NCBI GenBank assembly: GCA_044226625.1
Contig: JBGAGQ010000009.1
Span: 32,001 to 96,000 of the forward strand
DNA from: Thermoanaerobaculia bacterium
Lineage (GTDB): Bacteria; Acidobacteriota; Thermoanaerobaculia; Multivoradales; UBA5704
Direction: 5' to 3'
DNA length: 64,000 nucleotides
The translations under genes were made by a program, and so were the position numbers. The notes under the pieces are model-generated. The model made no database searches, was not told the DNA's origin, and saw nothing but the letters and a program-made list of their open reading frames with translations. Each line of letters opens with the position of its first letter. The first letter of the stretch is position 1. Below, piece after piece: positions 48,213-58,034 of this stretch.

Positions 48213-49517
48213 CTAGGGCTCGCCAAAACGCCAACGCGCCGAGGCCGACCAGACCGTCGCCCGGGAGGTGTAGCTGCCCGACGCGGCTCGGTTCCGCTCG
48301 TGCTCGTGGAGCGAATAGCCCAGGTCGAAGGAGATCTGCGGGAAGTTGTACGAGGCGCCGACGGCGTAGACCATGGCCTCGCCTCGCGGAAAACCGGGCG
48401 AAACGGCGGCGCCGGAAACCGGCGACTCTTCCCGCGAGACTCCGCCGAACAGACTCACCTGATCGCTCAGATCCCCTTCGACCCCCAAACGGATCGACAG
48501 GGTGTCGTCCCAATCGCCGAAGCGGACGGTTTCGTTCACCTCGGGAAAGAGGCCGCCCGGGCCGAACCGCACCGTCGAGGCCTCGGCGTCCGACCATTTC
48601 TGCCACGCCGCGTCGAGCTCGATTCGCAGCTCGGGATACGGGGCGAACCAGATTCCGGTCCGCAGCTCCGCCGGCAGCTCGAAGGACTGAGACACCGAGC
48701 CGCTCGGCGTGAAGCGAGCCTGATCGGGGGCGGGGAGCTGGATGTCGCGGATGCTGAATCGCGCGTCGCCCGAGCCGTCAACCTTTACCGCGCTCCGGAG
48801 CACGCCTCCCCATCCCCAGCGGTCGGTCGCGTAATGGAAGGCGACGTCCCAGCCAAGGCCGTCGACGTCCGATTTCGCCCGGCGCTCCTCTTCGGCAAAC
48901 CGGGTGAGGCCCGCGAAGAAGACCGGCGTGATCGCGAACAGCCGGCTGTCGTCCTGTTCGAGGTTGCCTTTCAGGTAACGTACGCCGCCGCCCACGCTCC
49001 AGCGATCGCTCAGCCGGAACGCCACGGTCGGGTGGACCTCGAACAGAGTGAGCTCGAATTTCTTCTGGGCGAACCTCTCCGGAAAGAGGGCCGGTTTCCA
49101 ATCGAGGGTGGTCCAGAACGGCGTGTCGATCCCAAGACCAACCGCCCAACGCGCGTCTCCGGCCGGGCGCCAGGTCGCGTAGACGGCCGGGGGAAACTCG
49201 ATGACGTGTCCCGCGTCGAACGAACCGCCGAGCGACGAATCGAAAGAATCGGTGTCGTTGGCGAAGTCGAGCCCCGCCTGGAGCTGAAAGCCATCCAACC
49301 GCGCAATCGCCGCGGGGTTGAAGGCAACCGCCGAAGGGTCGGAAGCCCGAGCGGTGAAGGCCCCGACCTGACCGGTGGTCCTACCCCCGTGCTGGAACAG
49401 CCCGAAGCCCGCCGCTCCGGCGGGAACGGGAGCCCCGAGGAACGCCAGGGCCAGCAGGAGAGAGAGGGGCACGAGAACGACCCGGACGGGTCGAAAACAA
49501 GGCGACGATCGGCGCAC
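48213..49517 (-). CDS. OmpP1/FadL-family outer membrane protein
   Basis: Signal peptide then AGFGLFQHG..GQVGAFTARASDPSAVAFNPA; terminal aromatic beta-strand. Confidence 0.88.
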   Translation of the reverse strand: MRRSSPCFRPVRVVLVPLSLLLALAFLGAPVPAGAAGFGLFQHGGRTTGQVGAFTARASDPSAVAFNPAAIARLDGFQLQAGLDFANDTDSFDSSLGGSFDAGHVIEFPPAVYATWRPAGDARWAVGLGIDTPFWTTLDWKPALFPERFAQKKFELTLFEVHPTVAFRLSDRWSVGGGVRYLKGNLEQDDSRLFAITPVFFAGLTRFAEEERRAKSDVDGLGWDVAFHYATDRWGWGGVLRSAVKVDGSGDARFSIRDIQLPAPDQARFTPSGSVSQSFELPAELRTGIWFAPYPELRIELDAAWQKWSDAEASTVRFGPGGLFPEVNETVRFGDWDDTLSIRLGVEGDLSDQVSLFGGVSREESPVSGAAVSPGFPRGEAMVYAVGASYNFPQISFDLGYSLHEHERNRAASGSYTSRATVWSASARWRFGEP

Positions 49518-49545
49518 GTGATCCTCCTTGAGCTAAGTCGGCCGC

Positions 49546-50004
49546 CTATTCGACGGCAAAGATTTCCGGCACGATCCGCCCTTCGTCCAAGGTCAGGAGG
49601 GCGAGCGTAAGGGGCAGACGAAAGCGCCGCGCACCGCAAGCGCCCGGGTTGATCCAAAGCGCCTCGCTCCGCCACTCGATCTCCGGCCGGTGGGAGTGGC
49701 CGAACGCGACCACCCGCATCGACCGTTGCCAGCGAGCGGGAACGTCCTCCCGCCGGTGGATCAGGCCGAGCGCCATCCCTTCGATTTCGAAGGTGGCCGA
49801 GTCGGGCAGATCTGCAAGCTCGCCGCCATCGGTATTACCCCGGACCGCGGCCACCGGAACGCCCGGGGTGAGCATCTCGAGTCGCGCGAGGATCTCCCGC
49901 GAGCCGACGTCCCCGGCGTGGAAAATCCGGTCGCACCCGGCGAGCAGCTCCAGGACCCGAGGTCGAAGCAATCCGTGGGTGTCGGAGAGGAGGCCGATGC
50001 GCAT
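49546..50004 (-). CDS. YfcE-like metallophosphoesterase
   Basis: LSDTHG, HAGDVG, VRGNTD, FGHSHRP, INPG. Confidence 0.92.
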   Translation of the reverse strand: MRIGLLSDTHGLLRPRVLELLAGCDRIFHAGDVGSREILARLEMLTPGVPVAAVRGNTDGGELADLPDSATFEIEGMALGLIHRREDVPARWQRSMRVVAFGHSHRPEIEWRSEALWINPGACGARRFRLPLTLALLTLDEGRIVPEIFAVE

Positions 50005-50081
50005 CGCCCGGGAATTGTAGCGTTCCACGCTCCACGCCCCCTCTCTCCGCGGCGTGCTACCGTCCCCGACCGAAAGAAACC

Positions 50082-50612
50082 ATGACCGCAGAAAGCCCCG
50101 CCCTGCACGTCGCGCTCGTCCACCCGGAGATCCACTGGAACACCGGGGCGGTCGGCCGGACCTGCCTCGCGACCGGTGCGCGGCTGCATCTGGTCCGGCC
50201 GCTCGGCTTCTCGCTCGACGCCGCCCAGGTGCGGCGGGCCGGCCTCGACTATTGGCCGCGCGTGAATCCGACAGTCTGGGAGAGCTGGCCCGATTTCGAA
50301 GCCGAGATGCCGACGCTCGGGGCGGTGTTCTTCTTTTCGGCCGAGGCCGAGAGGACGCTCTGGGAAATCGAGTTCCCCGACCGCACCGTGCTCGTCTTCG
50401 GCCGCGAGAGCGTCGGGCTGGCGCCCGAGATTCGCGCCCGCTACCGGGAGCGCCTGGTGAAGATCCCCATGGCCGATCCCCAGCTGCGCTCGCTCAACCT
50501 GTCGAACTCGGTCGCGATCTCATCGTACGAAGCGCTACGCCAGCGGGGGGTCAGGGCGCAGACGGACCGGAAGGACCCGTTCGATCCGGAGGGACATCCC
50601 GCTGCACCTTGA
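50082..50612 (+). CDS. trmL: tRNA (cytidine/uridine-34-2'-O)-methyltransferase
   Basis: PEIHWNTG, RRAGLDYW, FGRESVGL, IPM, RSLNLSNS. Confidence 0.93.
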   Translation: MTAESPALHVALVHPEIHWNTGAVGRTCLATGARLHLVRPLGFSLDAAQVRRAGLDYWPRVNPTVWESWPDFEAEMPTLGAVFFFSAEAERTLWEIEFPDRTVLVFGRESVGLAPEIRARYRERLVKIPMADPQLRSLNLSNSVAISSYEALRQRGVRAQTDRKDPFDPEGHPAAP

Positions 50613-51390
50613 CCCGCGTGTAGGCCACCTGGAAGCCGGCGCGCTCGAAGTTGCGCTGTGAACCGCTTCCGGGAAGCGTCATCGCTGCCGCGAGGTCCGC
50701 TCCGCAATCCCGGGCGTATTCGAGGCCCTCGCGGATCAGCGCGGCCTGGATTCCTCGACCCCGAAACGCGGGGAGGGTGCTCTGGCCGGCGAACAGCGCC
50801 ACCCCCTCCGACCTTTGCACCGTGCCGCCGCCGGCCGGGTTTCCGCCGCAACGGACGAGCCAGCAAGTCGTGAGTTCTGCGCTCGCCACTCCCGCCATGA
50901 TCCGAACCAGATCGGCCGGCGGTTCCTCACCCTCGAAGAACCCGCGCGCGACGATTTCAGACCAGAGCATCGCCTCGTCCGGGTGCACGCGAAGGACTTC
51001 GAGCCCCGTCGATCCCGGCCCCGGCACGAAGTCGTTGAGGGGTCGGAAGAGCACCTGGGAAAGCTCCGTCATGCGATAGCCGTGATCGGCAAGCAATGGG
51101 AGCAGGGAGGGGTCGCAGTACGGACAGACCTCGTAAATCGCGGGCTGGCCGCGAGCGAAGAAGAAGTCTTCCAGGGCCGCGAAAGCATCCGCCGCGACGG
51201 GGCCCTCGAGGCCGATTCCTAGCGCTTGATTGACCGGCGAGCCCGCCCCCGAATAGAGCGCCCACCCGCCGCAATGGGGCTCGGCCGTAGCACCGCCCTC
51301 CGGGTTCGCCCTTTGAGCCACCTCGGCGAACGCGCGCCCCGCAAGCGCCTCCGCCCTCTCGATTCGGTGCGCGAGCGCGTGATCGATCAA
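50551..51390 (-). CDS. GNAT-family N-acetyltransferase
   Basis: STLPAFRGRGIQAALI...PGSGSQRNFERAGFQVAYTR. Confidence 0.9.
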   Translation of the reverse strand: MIDHALAHRIERAEALAGRAFAEVAQRANPEGGATAEPHCGGWALYSGAGSPVNQALGIGLEGPVAADAFAALEDFFFARGQPAIYEVCPYCDPSLLPLLADHGYRMTELSQVLFRPLNDFVPGPGSTGLEVLRVHPDEAMLWSEIVARGFFEGEEPPADLVRIMAGVASAELTTCWLVRCGGNPAGGGTVQRSEGVALFAGQSTLPAFRGRGIQAALIREGLEYARDCGADLAAAMTLPGSGSQRNFERAGFQVAYTRVKVQRDVPPDRTGPSGPSAP

Positions 51391-53006
51391 TCCGAGATCT
51401 CCTCTGTTGCGTTCGTTTCCTCAGGCAACAAGGGGCCATAGCCACCGCCGCCCGGCGTTTCGAGCAGCAGGCGATCGCCCGGGGCGACCTCGCGCGCGGC
51501 CGACGAAGGGAGGATCTCGCGCGAGCCGTCGGCGCGGATCAGCGTTTGCCGTCCCCGCTGTCCAGGCTCTCCCCCCGCGAGGCCGTACGGCGCTTCGACG
51601 CGATGCTGGGTGAGGAGCGAGAGCGAAACAGGCGCCAGGAATTCGATCTCGCGCACCGCACCGTCGCCGCCTCGGCAACGGCCGGCGCCCCCCGACCCGC
51701 GGCGGATCGCGAAGCGATGCAGGCGCACGGGATATCGGTGCTCGAGGACCTCCGGATCGGTGATGCGCGTGTTGGTCATGTGGGTGTGGACGGCGCTCGC
51801 GCCGGGTCGGTCCGCCGTTGCGCCAGCACCGCCGCAGACCGTCTCGTAGTACCCGAAGCTCGGGTTGCCGAAAAGCGTATTGTTCATCGTCCCCTGCCCT
51901 CCCGCGACCCGGCCGAGGGCACGGAGCAGGGCGTCGACCAGGCGCTGGCTGGTCTCGACGTTGCCGCCGACGACCGCCGGGGCGTCTTCCTCCGCCGAGT
52001 CGCCCGAGGAAACGGCGAGAAACGGCGGATCGAGCAGGGAACCTTGCGGCACGCGGATCTCTACCGCGCGCAGGAGCCCTTCGTTCAACGGCATCGACTC
52101 GGCCACCAGCAGGCGCAGCACGTAGAGAATCGCGCTTCGCACCACCGCTGGCGGAGCGTTGAGATTCCCCGGATGGGCGGCCGCCGTGCCGGTGAAGTCG
52201 ATCGTCGCGCGCCCGCCTTCCACGTCGATCCGGACCGCGATCGGCGAGCCGTCGTCCAGACGCTCTACCGCCGTGTAGGTCCCCGCCGGTAGACGGGCGA
52301 GCGCCTCGCGCACGCGGGTCTCCGCGCGGTCGGCGAGCGCCGCCATGTAGCGATGAACCACGGCGCGACCATGGCGGGCGGCGAGCGCGCGGAGCGCCTT
52401 CTCGCCGAAGACGTTGGCCGCGAGCGCCGCTTCGAGATCGGCGAGGTTTTCGCACACCGAACGGCTGGGAAACCGGCCCGAGGTGAGCCGCCGCTCGATC
52501 TCACCCCAGCGCGGCACCCCTCGTTCGACCAGGAACGTCGGAGGGATCACGACGCCCTCCTCGACCAGCCGGGTCGCGTCCGGCGGCATCGATCCCGGCC
52601 GGCTGCCGCCGATCTCGGCGTGGTGAGCCCGGTTGGCCACGTAACCCAGGATCTCGCCGTCGTCGTCGAACACCGCCGAGACCAGCGTCACGTCGGGAAG
52701 ATGCGAGCCGCCGAAGGCGGGATGGTTAGTGACCACCGCATCTCCCGGCGAGAACTTGACCGCCTTCTGGAGCTCTCGGACGCAGAGCCCGAGCGCGCCC
52801 AGATGGACCGGGATGTGGGGCGCGTTGGCCACCAGGCTCCCGTCCGGATCGAGCAGCGCGCAGGAAAAATCCAGGCGCTCCTTGACGTTGGTCGAGACCG
52901 CCGTGCGCCGGAGTTGCTCGCCCATGTCGCGGGCGACCGCCGCGAACCGCTGGGTGAACAGCTCCAGCTCGACCGCCTCCGGACGGGAGGGAACCGCGCT
53001 CTCCAT
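51387..53006 (-). CDS. Hydantoinase B / 5-oxoprolinase C-terminal subunit
   Basis: STNVKERLDFSCAL, PHIPVHLG, GGSHLPD, HHAEIGG, QGTMNN, HMTNTRITDPE, TPGGGGYG. Confidence 0.93.
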   Translation of the reverse strand: MESAVPSRPEAVELELFTQRFAAVARDMGEQLRRTAVSTNVKERLDFSCALLDPDGSLVANAPHIPVHLGALGLCVRELQKAVKFSPGDAVVTNHPAFGGSHLPDVTLVSAVFDDDGEILGYVANRAHHAEIGGSRPGSMPPDATRLVEEGVVIPPTFLVERGVPRWGEIERRLTSGRFPSRSVCENLADLEAALAANVFGEKALRALAARHGRAVVHRYMAALADRAETRVREALARLPAGTYTAVERLDDGSPIAVRIDVEGGRATIDFTGTAAAHPGNLNAPPAVVRSAILYVLRLLVAESMPLNEGLLRAVEIRVPQGSLLDPPFLAVSSGDSAEEDAPAVVGGNVETSQRLVDALLRALGRVAGGQGTMNNTLFGNPSFGYYETVCGGAGATADRPGASAVHTHMTNTRITDPEVLEHRYPVRLHRFAIRRGSGGAGRCRGGDGAVREIEFLAPVSLSLLTQHRVEAPYGLAGGEPGQRGRQTLIRADGSREILPSSAAREVAPGDRLLLETPGGGGYGPLLPEETNATEEISD

Positions 53007-53016
53007 ACCTCCCGGC

Positions 53017-55089
53017 CTACTTCGCCGTGAGCTCCGTCACCAGGCGATCGGCGCCGTAGACCGTGCGCAGCGCCTCGAGCATGCCACCCGAGTCGACCGC
53101 CACGGTCCGGTTCTTCGCCGGGTCGAACCAGAAGCTGCCGCCGATCGAGTGGATGTTGCCGTCGAAGCAGAGACCGACGAGGCGGCCGTCCCGGTCGACC
53201 ACCGGGCTTCCCGAGTTGCCCCCGGTGATGTCGGTCGTCGCGACGAAGTTGAACGTCGTGCCGGGGTTGAGCTTCGGCTTCGCGGCGAGCCAGCTCGGCG
53301 GCAGGGCGAACGGATCCTTGCCCGTGACCCGCGGATAGAGCGCGCCGAACGTGGTGAACGGACCGACCTTCCGGCCCCCCTCGTCCCATGCGGCGACGGC
53401 GCCATAGGTCATGCGCAGGGTAAACGTGGCATCCGGATAGACGCTCGAGCCTTCGAGCAGGAAGCGCGCGCGGGAAATCCGTTCGGTCGAGCTGGTCTCC
53501 ACCGCCTCGACCTCGTTCTTGTAGCGCGACAGGACGGCACGCGCATCCGGCTCGACGAGTCGCGCAAGCCGGATCATCGGATCGTTCGATGCCTCGATCG
53601 CCTTCTTGCCGCCGGCCCAGAGCGCTTTGCGGAACTCGGGATCGGCGAGCTTCGTTCCGGAAACGGCCTCATGCGCGAGGTCGTCGGGCGAGCGATCGCC
53701 GAGCAGCTTTTTGACCAGTGCGTCGTCCGGACCGAGCCACTCCCGCAGTTTTTCGAGCGCGAAACCGAGCTCCATCTCCTCGAGGTCGAGCGCGACCGGC
53801 GCGCGGGACGAGATCTCCAGCTCGAGCGAAGGCAGCTGGGCGTCGGTGTAATCGCGCAGCCGTTCGGTGTTCGGAAGCAACCGCTCGTCGCCCGCGCGCA
53901 CCAGGGTCCGAGCGTAGTCGAACAGATCGCCCAGAAAGCCCTGGCGCCCCTCGACCAGGACGTAGCGCGGGTAGATCGTCCGATAGACCTGATGGGCGCG
54001 GGCGATGTCGTCCCAGGCACCCGCCGCGGCCTTGACCTCCGGGTCGCTCGAGGCGGCCACGCGCGCGCGGAACGCCGCTTCCTGCTCGGCCTTCCTCCGG
54101 ATGAAATCGGCGTCGTCGAGCGCGGCGAGCTGCCCGCGACCAACCTTCAGGCCGTTTTCGATCCGCAGGAGGTCGTCGAGCATCACCCGATAGGGCTCGG
54201 TCCCGAGCTTGCCGAACTGGATCAACCGTCCGCGGAGCTCGGACGCCATGTAGAGGCGCAAGGGTAGGATCGCCGTTCGCCGCGTCTGGAGCTGCTCGAC
54301 CGTGAGAAGCCGGTTGGTCGAGCCCGGGTGGCCGGTGACGAAGACCGGCTCTCCCTCTTTCGCTCCCGCGGGATCCCAGGCGAGATGCTGCTCGGGGCGG
54401 AACGGCTTGCCCTGGTCGTAGACGCGCACGATCGCCATGTCGAGGTCGTAGCGCGGAAAGTTGAAGTTGTCGGGATCGCCGCCGAAATTCGCGATCGCGA
54501 TCTCGGGCGCGAACACCAGCCGGACGTCCTGATACCGGCGATAGGTGTAGAGCCAGTTCTGGCCGCCGTTGTAGAGGTCGACGATCTCGCAGCGGATGTC
54601 TTTGTTCCCCGAGGCCTTTTCGCACTCGGCTTCGAGCCGGGTCTTCTCCGCCTCGCGCACCGGGTAGGCCGCCGCACTGTCGAGCCCACGGATCGCGGCG
54701 GCGATCTTCGCGCTCACGTTCTCGAGCTTGATCAGGCTCGACGCCTCGAAGGCCTCGCACCGCCGCTCCTCCGCCGCGGTCTTGGCGTAGAACCCGTCCG
54801 CGACGAGATCGTGCCCCGCCGTCGAGAGCTCCTGCAGACAGGAGTCGACGCAGTGATGGTTGGTGAGCACGAGGCCGTCGGCCGAAACGAAGGAGCCGGA
54901 GCATCCCCCTTCGAGCCGCACCGAGGCGAGGCGCAGGTGATCGAGCCAAGCGTCGGTCACCTGGACGCCGTATTTCTCCTGGATCGCCGCGCGCGGCACG
55001 TTGTCGAAGGTCCACATCCCTTCGTCGGCATGAGCCGGCAGGTAAGCCAAAGCGAGGAGGATGAGCGGTAGAAGGTTTCGGCGGGGCAT
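53017..55089 (-). CDS. S46-family dipeptidyl peptidase (DPP7-like)
   Basis: ADEGMW, LTNHHC, FGGDPDNF, DITGGNSGSPV, FDGN. Confidence 0.95.
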   Translation of the reverse strand: MPRRNLLPLILLALAYLPAHADEGMWTFDNVPRAAIQEKYGVQVTDAWLDHLRLASVRLEGGCSGSFVSADGLVLTNHHCVDSCLQELSTAGHDLVADGFYAKTAAEERRCEAFEASSLIKLENVSAKIAAAIRGLDSAAAYPVREAEKTRLEAECEKASGNKDIRCEIVDLYNGGQNWLYTYRRYQDVRLVFAPEIAIANFGGDPDNFNFPRYDLDMAIVRVYDQGKPFRPEQHLAWDPAGAKEGEPVFVTGHPGSTNRLLTVEQLQTRRTAILPLRLYMASELRGRLIQFGKLGTEPYRVMLDDLLRIENGLKVGRGQLAALDDADFIRRKAEQEAAFRARVAASSDPEVKAAAGAWDDIARAHQVYRTIYPRYVLVEGRQGFLGDLFDYARTLVRAGDERLLPNTERLRDYTDAQLPSLELEISSRAPVALDLEEMELGFALEKLREWLGPDDALVKKLLGDRSPDDLAHEAVSGTKLADPEFRKALWAGGKKAIEASNDPMIRLARLVEPDARAVLSRYKNEVEAVETSSTERISRARFLLEGSSVYPDATFTLRMTYGAVAAWDEGGRKVGPFTTFGALYPRVTGKDPFALPPSWLAAKPKLNPGTTFNFVATTDITGGNSGSPVVDRDGRLVGLCFDGNIHSIGGSFWFDPAKNRTVAVDSGGMLEALRTVYGADRLVTELTAK

Positions 55090-55186
55090 GGTGTCCTCCG
55101 TGGGCGAAGGTTGGGCTGGGATTCTTCGACTGGGTCGGTTGAAATCGGTAGGGCTCGAATCCTACGGTCGGATCGTCGTACGCGGG

Positions 55187-55678
55187 TTAGCGTGCGAGCC
55201 GCTCCAGCTCCGCGCGTCGCGGCCAGCGCACGGCGATGCCGAGGACGCCCGCGACGATCATCACCAGGGCGTAGCGGACCGAGCCGGTCGTGGGTACCAT
55301 CGCGACGCCCAACCAGGCGACCGATTCGAGCAGGAAGAGGTCGACCGCGACTGCGCGCAGATAGGCCGGGACGAGATCGGGAGGTGCGGGCCCGAGGCGC
55401 GCCTGGCGCTGCGCGGCGCGCAGCAACGTACCGCGAAGGCGCGACGCCGCGAGAATCAAGATCATGCCGAGAAACGGGATCGCCGTACCCGCGGCGCGCA
55501 GCGCCTCCGGGCGTTTTGCATCCGCCGCGTCAGGGAAGGCGAACAGCGCCACGCCGGTCGCGACCGCGCACCCCACGAGCGCAGCGAGCGCCAAACGCTC
55601 GAGGCCGACGATCGCGCGCGCCGAGGGGTTCCCTAGCGTACCGGCGTCGCTGCCTCCGTCCTCCGGAATTTTCGCCAT
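55187..55678 (-). CDS. Hypothetical 4-TM membrane protein
   Basis: Four hydrophobic segments; TATGAT 9 nt before ATG. Confidence 0.7.
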   Translation of the reverse strand: MAKIPEDGGSDAGTLGNPSARAIVGLERLALAALVGCAVATGVALFAFPDAADAKRPEALRAAGTAIPFLGMILILAASRLRGTLLRAAQRQARLGPAPPDLVPAYLRAVAVDLFLLESVAWLGVAMVPTTGSVRYALVMIVAGVLGIAVRWPRRAELERLAR

Positions 55679-55705
55679 GGCCGGGGGATCATAGGGCAAA
55701 CGAAG

Positions 55706-58000
55706 CTACCCTCGCTTCCCGGCTCGTTCGAGGACCAGCGCCGCCGCGCCGTCCTTCCACCCTTCCCAGCCGGGCTCGACGACGGTCGCGGACAGAGGCT
55801 CCAGGACCAGGCAAGGCCCGACAAAGCGGTCGCCGGGAACGAGCCCGCTCCGTTCGAACACGGAAACCTCCCTCCAGGCCCCGGCGAAGCGCGCGCGCCG
55901 GCGGCCCTCGGGGATCGCCGGGCCTCCGCCCACGATCGCCTCGGCCGGCGCTTCGTCCCCCCCTCCCCCCACCGCGACGACGACACGGAGCGCCACGACC
56001 TCGATCGTCCGGCCTTCGGGGACATAGCCGTAGAGCTCGCGATACGCGGCGAAAAACCGTTCCGAGAGCTCGGCGACCAGCGCCCCTCCTCGAGCCTTCG
56101 GCTCGACCGCAAGCGAGGTCTCCTGACCGGCGAAGCGGAGCTCGACGATGCGCCGGCTCACGCTGCACTCTTCGCCCTCCCCGTCTCCCTCCGCCTTCAG
56201 GGCCGCGGCCGTCTCCCGGGCGAGCTGTTCGAGGCGCGCCGGCAGCTCCCCCGCGACCTCGTCGAGAGCGGCGAGCCACTGCGCGACGCCGTGGCGTTCG
56301 ACCGCCGCGCTTCCCAGGCCGCGCGCTGACAGGAGGCTCGCGTCCTCCGGCACCAGCACGGTCGAGATGCCGAGCAGCTCGGCCACGGCGCAAGCGTGCT
56401 GTGCTCCGGCGCCGCCGAAAGCGACCAGCGCGTACTCGGCGGGGTCGTACCCTCGACCGATCGAAATCCGCCGGATCGCGTCGGCCATTCGCTCGTTGGC
56501 GATCTCCAGGAATCCTTCGAGCAGCGGCTCCGTCGCCGCGGCGCTTTCTTCCAATCGCGCGGCGATCTCACGAATTCGCCGCTCGGCGGCCGCCGGCTCG
56601 ATCGGAATGCCGAATCTGTCGCCGTCGAGCCGGCCGAGCAGCAGGTTCACGTCGGTGATCGTGAGCGGACCGCCCGCGCCGTAGGCCGCCGGACCCGGCG
56701 AGGCTCCCGCGCTCTCCGGTCCGACCGTCAATTGACCGCGGCCACCGCCTTCGAGGCCGCAAATCGAACCGCCGCCCGCCGCCACGGTCTCGACCGCCAG
56801 CGCCGGGGCGACCAGATGGGCGTCTCCCACCCGATGCTCGAAACGAAGCTCGAATTCGCCGTCATAGCGGGCGACATCCGTCGACGTCCCCCCCATGTCG
56901 AACGTCAGGATGCGCGAGAAGCCCGACCTTCGGGCCGCCGCGGCGGCCCCCAGCACGCCGCCCGCCGGTCCCGACAGCAGGCCGTCCTTGGCTCGAAAGG
57001 TCGCGGCCCGGGCGAGGCCCGCGGCGCTCGACATCACCCGCAGCGAGCCGTCGGAAGGAAGAGCGCCACCCACCCGCTCGAGGTAGGCGCTGAAGATCGG
57101 CGCCAGATACGCCTCGACCACCGCGGTCGCCGCCCGGGCGACGAAGCCGATCTCGGGCGCGAGGTTCGAGGAGCATCCAACGCGCGCGAAGCCCTCCTCG
57201 AGGAGGATCTCGCAAAGCTCTCGCTCGTGCCGGGCGTCGCGATAGGCGTGAAGCAACGCGACCGCCGCCGAGGAGGCACCGGCCGCGAGTGCCGCCCGAG
57301 CTCCGCGGCGCGCGGCTTCGCGATCGAGCGGTTGGATCACCGAGCCGTCGGCCGCCAAACGCTCTTCCACCTCGACCACCGTGAGATAGAGAGGCGCGGG
57401 CTTTTCGATCGCGAGCGCGAACAGATCGGGGCGCTGCTGGGTGCCGATCGCGAGCAGGTCGGCGAAACCCTCGGTGACGAAGAAGGCGACCGGAGCGCCT
57501 TTACGTTCGAGCAGCGCGTTCGTCCCGCGGGTTGTCGCGAGCCGCATCGCGAGCGGCGGGAGCGGCCGATCGGGGGGAGTCGCCGTGGCGATCCTCGCCG
57601 CGAGAATCGGCGCCTCCTCCGCGCAGGAGAGCTCGCAGGGCGCGCCGACGGCAAGCCCCGCCAGCGCTTCGATCTGAGATCGTTCGACCGAGAGATCGAG
57701 CCGCCGCTCTTCGGGGTGCCAATCGGCCACCGCGAACCCGGGCGCGGCCGAGAGGTCTTCCGGCCGCCCGTCTCCGCCCAGGAGAGGCCGAAAGACGAAG
57801 CCGCGAAAGAAGCCGGCCGGCAGGTCCGGCAGCCCTTCGATCCGCAATCCGTTCCTTCCGGCCGGACCGGCATAACGGCCGCGGAGCGCGCTCGTCGACA
57901 GCACCTTCACCCGCCGGACCTCGCCCGACGGCGCGGTCGCGAGACAGTCGGTGAAGGTCCCGCCGGTGTCGACCCGCACCTGCCAAAGAGGCGAGGTCAT
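55706..58000 (-). CDS. Hydantoinase A / 5-oxoprolinase N-terminal subunit
   Basis: DTGGTFTDC, TTRGTNALLERKG, LSGPAGG, FDMGGTSTDV, AAGGGS, GPESAGA.PGP, FGGAGAQHAC. Confidence 0.93.
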   Translation of the reverse strand: MTSPLWQVRVDTGGTFTDCLATAPSGEVRRVKVLSTSALRGRYAGPAGRNGLRIEGLPDLPAGFFRGFVFRPLLGGDGRPEDLSAAPGFAVADWHPEERRLDLSVERSQIEALAGLAVGAPCELSCAEEAPILAARIATATPPDRPLPPLAMRLATTRGTNALLERKGAPVAFFVTEGFADLLAIGTQQRPDLFALAIEKPAPLYLTVVEVEERLAADGSVIQPLDREAARRGARAALAAGASSAAVALLHAYRDARHERELCEILLEEGFARVGCSSNLAPEIGFVARAATAVVEAYLAPIFSAYLERVGGALPSDGSLRVMSSAAGLARAATFRAKDGLLSGPAGGVLGAAAAARRSGFSRILTFDMGGTSTDVARYDGEFELRFEHRVGDAHLVAPALAVETVAAGGGSICGLEGGGRGQLTVGPESAGASPGPAAYGAGGPLTITDVNLLLGRLDGDRFGIPIEPAAAERRIREIAARLEESAAATEPLLEGFLEIANERMADAIRRISIGRGYDPAEYALVAFGGAGAQHACAVAELLGISTVLVPEDASLLSARGLGSAAVERHGVAQWLAALDEVAGELPARLEQLARETAAALKAEGDGEGEECSVSRRIVELRFAGQETSLAVEPKARGGALVAELSERFFAAYRELYGYVPEGRTIEVVALRVVVAVGGGGDEAPAEAIVGGGPAIPEGRRRARFAGAWREVSVFERSGLVPGDRFVGPCLVLEPLSATVVEPGWEGWKDGAAALVLERAGKRG

Positions 58001-58034
58001 GAGGCTCGCTCTGTCGCGCTAAGGCCCGGAAGCG

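Noticed and set aside
50551-50612. 62-bp convergent overlap of trmL and GNAT as antisense regulation
   Set aside because: Tail-to-tail overlaps are common; the trmL tail looks like simple stop-codon drift
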